A DNA stretch of 64,000 bases from Eledone cirrhosa (lineage: Eukaryota): assembly GCA_964016885.1 (NCBI GenBank), contig OZ024740.1, positions 11,160,001-11,224,000 on the forward strand. Direction: 5' to 3'. Under the pieces are notes generated by a model. That model did no database searches. It was not told the DNA's origin and saw only the letters and a list, made by a program, of their open reading frames with translations. Made by a program: the position numbers and the translations under genes. Each line of letters starts with the position of its first letter. The stretch's first letter is position 1. Below are positions 55,962-64,000 of the stretch, one piece after another.

Positions 55962-58900
55962 TTAGGTAAGGCGGGTCTTCTCTATTACAGAGTACCGCCA
56001 AAGGTCTCGGTCCAGTGACATTGTCTTGGAGAGGTGTAAGCGTGTGAGGTCGGAATTTATCAGCTCGTCCCATGTTTTTCTGGGTCTGCCTACTCTGTGG
56101 CTACCGTCTATCTTTATTGCCCTGCACTTTGTTATACAGCTGTCGTCTTTCATGCGCATCACGTGACCGTACCAACGTAGCCTTCTCTCGAGTAAATAAC
56201 ATCTGATCCCTCTTATTTCTAATTTTTTCCTTAGTTTGTTTATGCTTTGCCGTTCACGTATATTACTATTGCACATCCAGCGGAGCATGCAAGCTTCGTT
56301 CCTCTCTAGTCTGCGTATATCCTCTGCACACAATGCCCAGGTCTCACTGCCATGCAGCATTGCTGTTCGTATGCAGGCATCGTATAACCTGCCTTTCATT
56401 TTTAGGGAGAACCCTCTAGCGGCTAATAGTGGTATAAGCTCTCTGAACTTTTTCCATCCAGTTCTGACTCTAGCTACTGTACTTTCAGAGCACCCTCCCC
56501 CACTGCTGATTTTGTCACCCAGGTAACGGAAGCTGTCCACTATTTCTATAGAACCCTCTGCGCAGTTGAAGGAGCTAGTATTTTGTGGGCACTTGCTGCT
56601 ACTTATTGCACCAGAGCACCGGCCACATGTAAAATCTATGTTCTTAGTTAGCTTACCTGTGATCCCACTACATCTTTTATGCACCCATACTTTGCATTTG
56701 GGACATAAAATGGAGTTTCTACCTACGCCTTTCCTACACACTGAGCATGGCCATTTCCCAGATGGGACTGCCGCCATATTTTCTTTCCTACAAACTAGAA
56801 CTTTAGTCTTAGCCAGGTTAATTTTAAGGCCTTTTGATTCTAGGCCGTGCTTCCATGTTTGGAATTTCTTCTCTAGTTCGGTCATTGATTCAGCTATGAG
56901 CGTTAGATCATCTGCGTATAGGAGTTCCCATGGGCAGCCGGTCTTGAACTCCTCTGTTATAGCCTGAAGGGCAATAATAAATAGTAGGGGGCTAAGAACA
57001 GAGCCCTGATGGACACCAACTTTTACGCTAAACTCTTCACTATATTCGTTGTTAATTCTAAGCTTACTGACTGTTTCTTTATACATCGCTTGTATAGCTC
57101 TCACAAGCCATTCGTCAACACCTAGTTTTCTAAGAGACCACCAGATAATGGAACGGGGGACTCTGTCGAAGGCTTTCTCCAAGTCGACGAAAGCTAAGTA
57201 TAGGGGTTTACTTTTAGCTAGGTACTTCTCCTGTAGTTGTCGTACAATGAAAAGAGCGTCTGTGGTACTTTTGCCTGACACAAATCCGAACTGCATTTCA
57301 TCTAGATCAATTCTCTCTCTGATTAGTTGCGCTATTACTTTTTCCGTGACCTTCATGACCTGGTCGATTAATTTAATGCCTCTATAGTTACTTCTATCTA
57401 GGGCATCTCCTTTTCCCTTATAGCAGTTAACGATGATGCTGCTACGCCAGTCCTTCGGAACAACCCCATTCTGTACGACTTGGTTAACTATCCGGGTGAC
57501 CATGGTGTGTCCCACCGAACCAGATGCCTTCAGCATCTCAGCAACTATTTCCGAAGGACCAGCCGCCTTACCCGTCTTCATATCTTTGATTGCCTTGCTT
57601 ATTGTACTACCCTGGACTAACACTGCTGGTCCCTCTATTGGGTTGATGTGGGGGAGACTGTCTTTCTCCCATTTGTTCTCCTCATTTAGAAGCCTTTCGT
57701 AGTGACACTTCCAAGCTACCTTCTTATCAGCGTCGGTGATGGCAAGTATGCCATCATCGTTAAGCACACACTTCTCCCCGACAATATCACGGTTTTCCTT
57801 GACACATTGCCTGGCAATCCTGAACACCTCACGTTTTTGGTCCTCACGTTGTAGAACATGCTTCAACTTTCTTTCCTCTGCTTCCCTTCTTGCGAAGTAC
57901 ACTTGTCTCCTAGCTTCCCTCCTGGCCACCTGATAGTCTTCTCTACTTCCCCCATCCCGCCATGCTTTCCAAGCCTGCTTTTTGGCCTTAATTGACTCCT
58001 CCACCTTACTGTTCCACCACCATGTTACTCTCCTCCTACCTACAGGCCTGCTCCAGCCACAGACTTCGTCTGCCGCCATCAGCAGGTTTGCTCTCAGGAA
58101 TTCCCACTGTTCCTCTATATTATACGACTCTAATTGCTCTTCCTTACTGTCGCGAGCGTCAAGTAATATGCTTTGAAATTTATTTCTGGCTATGGGGTCC
58201 TTTAGCTTCCATATTTTTCTCCTGAGGATAGTCCTCTTCCGCTGTCTAGTACGTTTCGTCCTGACTATGAGGTCGCTAATTATCAGTCTATGTTGGGAGG
58301 TGAATTCTTCATGGGGGAGGGATTTAGTGTTAACAACAGACACTCTGTCACGTCTTCTGGTAAGGATATAATCTACCTGGCTTGTGTGTTCCCCCGATCT
58401 ATAGGTGATCAAGTGATTGTCTCGTTTTTTGAAGTTAGTGTTACAGATAGATAAGTTATTTGCGTCGCAGAATTCCAGGATTCTGGAGCCTTCCTCATTT
58501 CTAGTACCGAACCCATAGCCTCCATGGATTCCGTCATAGCCGTCACAATGCTGTCCAACGTGACCATTTAGGTCGCCTGCAATAACTATATAGTCACTTT
58601 CAGATATTTGGGAGGTAGCGAGCATCAGTGTCTCGTAGAATCTGTCTTTTATAGCACCGGGCAGTCCGGATTGTGGTGCGTACGCAGATATTACTGTCAC
58701 CGTAGTTTTATTGAGGACAAGTCTTATTTTAATTATTCTGTCGTTCACTCTATTTACGTCTATTATCTTATCTGCCCACTTTTCTGCTACCATGATTCCT
58801 ACCCCACCCAACCCATTGTCATTTCCCACCCAGAAAAGCTTATAGCATCGTTCTTTACCCCGATAAATCTAGCCGACCCTCCCCTCCACCTGGTCTCTTG

Positions 58901-58981
58901 AATACAACAAACATCGACCTCCTTACGTTCAAGCATTTCTACAACCTCATTAGAGCGACCCTTTAAGGTGCCTACATTCAT
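55962..58981 (-). pseudogene. RTE ORF: AP endonuclease, reverse transcriptase and PHD-like finger; frameshift at about 58858-58861
   Basis: MNVGTL...CCIQETRW (58799-58981 ORF) continues in another frame into SAYAPQ, GDLNGHVG, QVDYIL, SQHR, NYRGIKL, FVDLEKAFDRV, GVHQGSVLSPLLF, LYADD, RLRWYGHV, GRPRKTW. Confidence 0.93.
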
Positions 58982-59403
58982 GGTACCAACTCTGAAGTTT
59001 TGGATTGCGTTTGGAGGGTGGGAGCGGTGGGGCGCGGGGGGGGGGGGATGGGGTTATGTTAGCCATCCTGGGCCGAAACAAGGCGGTGTGCTTGCATTCT
59101 CGTCCACGAGGTGAATTTATCTTTATCTTTGGTATTGTCGCTGAGCGTCCACATTTTTCTCTCTTCAACTCTCCACAATTCCGTAGTCCATCCATCATAT
59201 CGAAAAGCAACCAGTTAGGCGATAGTATGGGCCTCTGACTTATGATTGGTCCACGTAATAATGGTGGGGGAGGGTGGGAGGGATGATGTGTTGTTAGGGA
59301 GAATGTAAGGTTTAAGATAAGATCGCCGTATTTTGGGCATAATTTAACAATAAACGAAAATACAAGATTTGTTTTGTTTAAGAAAATACGATAGAGAAAA
59401 TGC

Positions 59404-59790
<387 letters not shown>

Positions 59791-61734
59791 CTCTTTTACT
59801 CTTTTATACTCTTTTACCTGTTTAAGCCATCCGGCTGAGGCCATGCTGGGGCACCGCCCTTGTTGCTACACATTTGATCTCCAGCCTGTATAGGTTGGCC
59901 ACTGGTGTAGGAGGGAGTTTGTTGCTGCTGCCCTTAGGTTTCCCTCGTGTCTTGCTGTGGGCTCATCCGGGATCCTGGATAACAAGGTGTCGAGATGTTT
60001 CTTAAAGACATCCACCTCCACGTCATGCAAGTCTCGCAGATGCCTCGGCAGCCTGTTGAAGAGTTGAGGGCCCTTGAATCCCAGGCTATTGCAATAACTG
60101 CTCCTTATTCTAGATGTGGAAGACGGGACCTTTGGCACCACACAGTGACGTCCTGTTCGACGGTTGGTCCAGCTCCCAATGCCAAAGTTTGGTGCTAGTC
60201 CCTCCAGGATTTTCCACATGTAGATCACTGCGTATCTCTCCCGTCTTCGCTCCAAGGAGTAGAGGTTCACTTCCTTTAGCCTCTCCCAGTAGCTTGTCTC
60301 CCTCATCTTGGCAATCCTCTTGGTGTAGCTTCGCTGGATTGCCTCAAGCTCCGTGGTTAGTTTGACACTATGGGGTGACCACAGCTGGGAGCAGTAGTCC
60401 AGGCGGCTTAGGACAAAAGTCCTCCACAGTGTCAACATGGTGTCTCGATCTCTTGTAAGGAAAGTCCTCAAGATCCAGCCAGCGAATCGTCTACATGTTG
60501 TCGCCACCTTCATGATGTGTGAAGAAAAAGATGCATCATCGCTCATGTCTATGCCCAGGTCTCGTATCGATTTTGACACGGGGATATCGGTCCCTCCTGG
60601 TCCTGTGTAGCTGTGTTCCGCTATATTTGTGCTTGTGTTTGCAGGTTTGTATTGTAGGGCTTGGAATTTGCCAGCATTAAACTGCATGTTGTTTTCTTCC
60701 GCCCATCTGTATATGGCATCCAGATCCTGCTGTAAGAGGGCAGCGTCAGCCGGGTTTTTGATTGCCTGTGCTACCTTAGTGTCATCAGCATAGCTAGTGA
60801 GGGATGTTGTTGCATGCATCACAGAGGGCATGTCCGAGAGAGCCACCAAAAACAGTAGTGGTCCCAGGACTGTCCCCTGGGGCACCCCACTTGTTATCGG
60901 TGTTTCCCTCGAGAGGGCCCCATTTGCTGCGACTGCCTGGCTTCTGTCCCTTAGGAAGCCATGCAGCCACTCACCTACTTTTCCAGTTATGCCGAGTCCG
61001 TATAGTTTGTGACATATCATTACGTGGTCGACCTTGTCAAAGGCCTTCGCAAAGTCCAGATATATCACGTCTACATGTGAGCTGTCTAGTAGTTGTCTCA
61101 GTACCCAGTCGTAGTGATGTAGCAGCTGTGTAAGGCAGCTTCTTCCTGGGCGGAAGCCATGTTGCGTGCTAGTCAGGCGGTCATTTTCTTCGAGGAAAGT
61201 GATTAGTTTCTTTCTGACGACTCGCTCCATGACCTTACTGATATGCGACGTCAGGGAGACTGGCCTATAGTTCTTGGCCTCCGCTCTACCTCCTTTATGG
61301 ATAGGGCATATTGTGCCTTCTTTCAGCTCCCTGGGTAGTACACCGCTAGCCAAGGAGCTTCTGAAGAGCATCTTCAGTGGAGTTGCTAAGGCCCGCTTAC
61401 ATATTTTTAGGAGAACTGCTGGGAATCCATCAGGTCCAGCAGCCGAGTCTGTTCTAATTTCATCAATGGCGTACACCACATCCTCCTCCATTATGTCTAT
61501 GTGGTTGATGGTTGCCATTTCTTGATGTAGTGTTGTGGCATCAAAGAACTCCTCTGGCTTCGTTATTTGCATGTGCCTCAGTGGACATGTGAAGACACTT
61601 TTGTACTGTTCGTTCAGTATTTCACATATCTCTTGGGGATTTTCGGTTAATGAACCGTCCGTGTGGAAGAGTGGTCCAATCTTGCAGTGTACTGAGGCAG
61701 TTTCTTTTGCAAATTTAAAGAAGGCCTTAGGGTT
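59791..61734 (-). mobile_element. 5'-truncated CR1-group LINE (family B); RT frame open over 59866-61734
   Basis: Motifs [66 protein letters not shown]. The 3' UTR GGCGGTGCCCCAGCATGGCC ends in (TAAAAGAG)-like repeats. Flanked by (TA)n on both sides. Confidence 0.92.
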
Positions 61735-62214
<480 letters not shown>

Positions 62215-62215
62215 A

Positions 62216-64000
62216 AGCTTGGAAGTGTCTCTATGAAAGGCTTCTAAATGAGGAGAACAAATGGGAGAAAGACAGTCTCCCCCACATCGACCCAATAGAG
62301 GGACCAGCAGTGTTAGTCCAGGGTAGTACAATAAGCAAGGCAATCAAAGATATGAAGACGGGTAAGGCGGCTGGTCCTTCGGAAATAGTTGCTGAGATGC
62401 TGAAGGCATCTGGTTCGGTGGGACACACCATGGTCACCCGGATAGTTAACCAAGTCGTACAGAATGGGGTTGTTCCGAAGGACTGGCGTAGCAGCATCAT
62501 CGTTAACTGCTATAAGGGAAAAGGAGATGCCCTAGATAGGAGTAACTATAGAGGCATTAAATTAATCGACCAGGTCATGAAGGTCACGGAAAAAGTAATA
62601 GCGCAACTAATCAGAGAGAGAATTGATCTAGATGAAATGCAGTTCGGATTTGTGTCAGGCAAAAGTACCACAGACGCTCTTTTCATTGTATGACAACTAC
62701 AGGAGAAGTACCTAGCTAAAAGTAAACCCCTATACTTAGCTTTCGTCGACTTGGAGAAAGCCTTCGACAGAGTCCCCCGTTCCATTATCTGGTGGTCTCT
62801 TAGAAAACTAGGTGTTGACGAATGGCTTGTGAGAGCTATACAAGCCATGTATAAAGAAACAGTCAGTAAGGTTAGAATTAACAACGAATATAGTGAAGAG
62901 TTTAGCGTAAAAGTTGGTGTCCATCAGGGCTCTGTTCTTAGCCCCCTACTATTTATTATTGCCCTTCAGGCTATAATAGAGGAGTTCAAGACCGGCTGCC
63001 CATGGGAACTCCTATACGCAGATGATCTAACGCTCATAGCTGAATCAATAACCGAACTAGAGAAGAAATTCCAAACATGGAAGCACGGCCTAGAATCAAA
63101 AGGCCTTAAAATTAACCTGGCTAAGACTAAAGTTCTAGTTTGTAGGAAAGAAAATATGGCGGCAGTCCCATCGGGGAAATGGCCATGCTCAGTGTGTAGG
63201 AAAGGCGTAGGTAGAAACTCCATTTTATGTCCCAAATGCAAAGTATGGGTGCATAAAAGATGTAGTGGGATCACAGGCAAGCTAACTAAGAACATAGATT
63301 TTACATGCGGCCGGTGCTCTGGTGCAATAAGTAGCAGCAAGTGCCCACAAAATACTAGCTCCTTCAACTGCGCAGAGGGTTCTATAGAAATAGTGGACAG
63401 CTTCCGTTACCTGGGTGACAAAATCAGCAGTGGGGGAGGGTGCTCTGAAAGTACAGTAGCTAGAGTCAGAACTGGATGGAAAAAGTTCAGAGAGCTTATA
63501 CCACTATTAGCCGCTAGAGGGTTCTCCCTAAAAATGAAAGGCAGGTTATACGATGCCTGCATACGAACAGCAATGCTGCATGGCAGTGAGACCAGGGCAT
63601 TGTGTGCAGAGGATATACGCAGACTAGAGAGGAACGAAGCTTGCATGCTCCGCTGGATGTGCAATAGTAATATACGTGAACGGCAAAGCATAAACAAACT
63701 AAGGAAAAAATTAGAAATAAGAGGGATCAGATGTTATTTACTCGAGAGAAGGCTACGTTGGTACGGTCACGTGATGCGCATGAAAGACGACAGCTGTATA
63801 ACAAAGTGCAGGGCAATAAAGATAGACGGTAGCCACGGAGTAGGCAGACCCAGAAAAACATGGGACGAGCTGATAAATTCCGACCTCACACGCTTACACC
63901 TCTCCAAGACAATGTCACTGGACCAAGACCTTTGGCGGTACTCAGTAATAGAGAAGACCTGCCTTACCTAAATACAAAGTAAAAACCTACTACAGTCAGT
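62216..64000 (+). mobile_element. 5'-truncated RTE LINE (copy 2), nearly identical to copy 1 but inverted; premature stop at 62691-62693
   Basis: Colinear with the reverse complement of 55933-57717. CGA>TGA splits ORFs 62310-62693 and 62751-63971. The 3' UTR runs off the window. Confidence 0.95.

Larger units (their letters stand above)
55451..59403 (-). mobile_element. Near full-length RTE-clade LINE (copy 1) with (GAT)n tail
   Basis: Single APE-RT reading frame, about 500-bp 3' UTR ending in (GAT)n at 55451-55474, and a 5' region running to the (TA)n tract at about 59404. Confidence 0.9.

Overview
Eukaryotic, gene-free, repeat-only window; the SINE/LINE repertoire and (TA)n richness suggest a coleoid cephalopod such as octopus (inference). 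Bases 1-45780 are one tandem array of a 29-bp unit (TTCTAACAACTCTGCCA+TTCTATCTGACG, about 1,580 units) with an exact nested 3,382/4,863/8,245-bp higher-order structure. Its minus strand reads like the A-box of a tRNA-derived SINE head, and the array appears to begin at such a head. Bases 45.8-64 kb are a nest of mobile elements nearly all bounded by (TA)n tracts: a hAT-type MITE with an 8-bp TSD, a tRNA/CORE SINE sharing its tail with an RTE LINE, two 5'-truncated CR1-group LINEs, two near-identical inverted RTE LINEs with a PHD-like finger in the RT region, and a Penelope-like GIY-YIG element. The most notable hidden structures are type I hammerhead ribozyme motifs with long G-U-rich stem II: one in the Penelope 3' region, a mirror pair in a spacerless 336-bp palindrome, and a possible half-remnant. 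No host gene, CRISPR array or true tRNA is supported.
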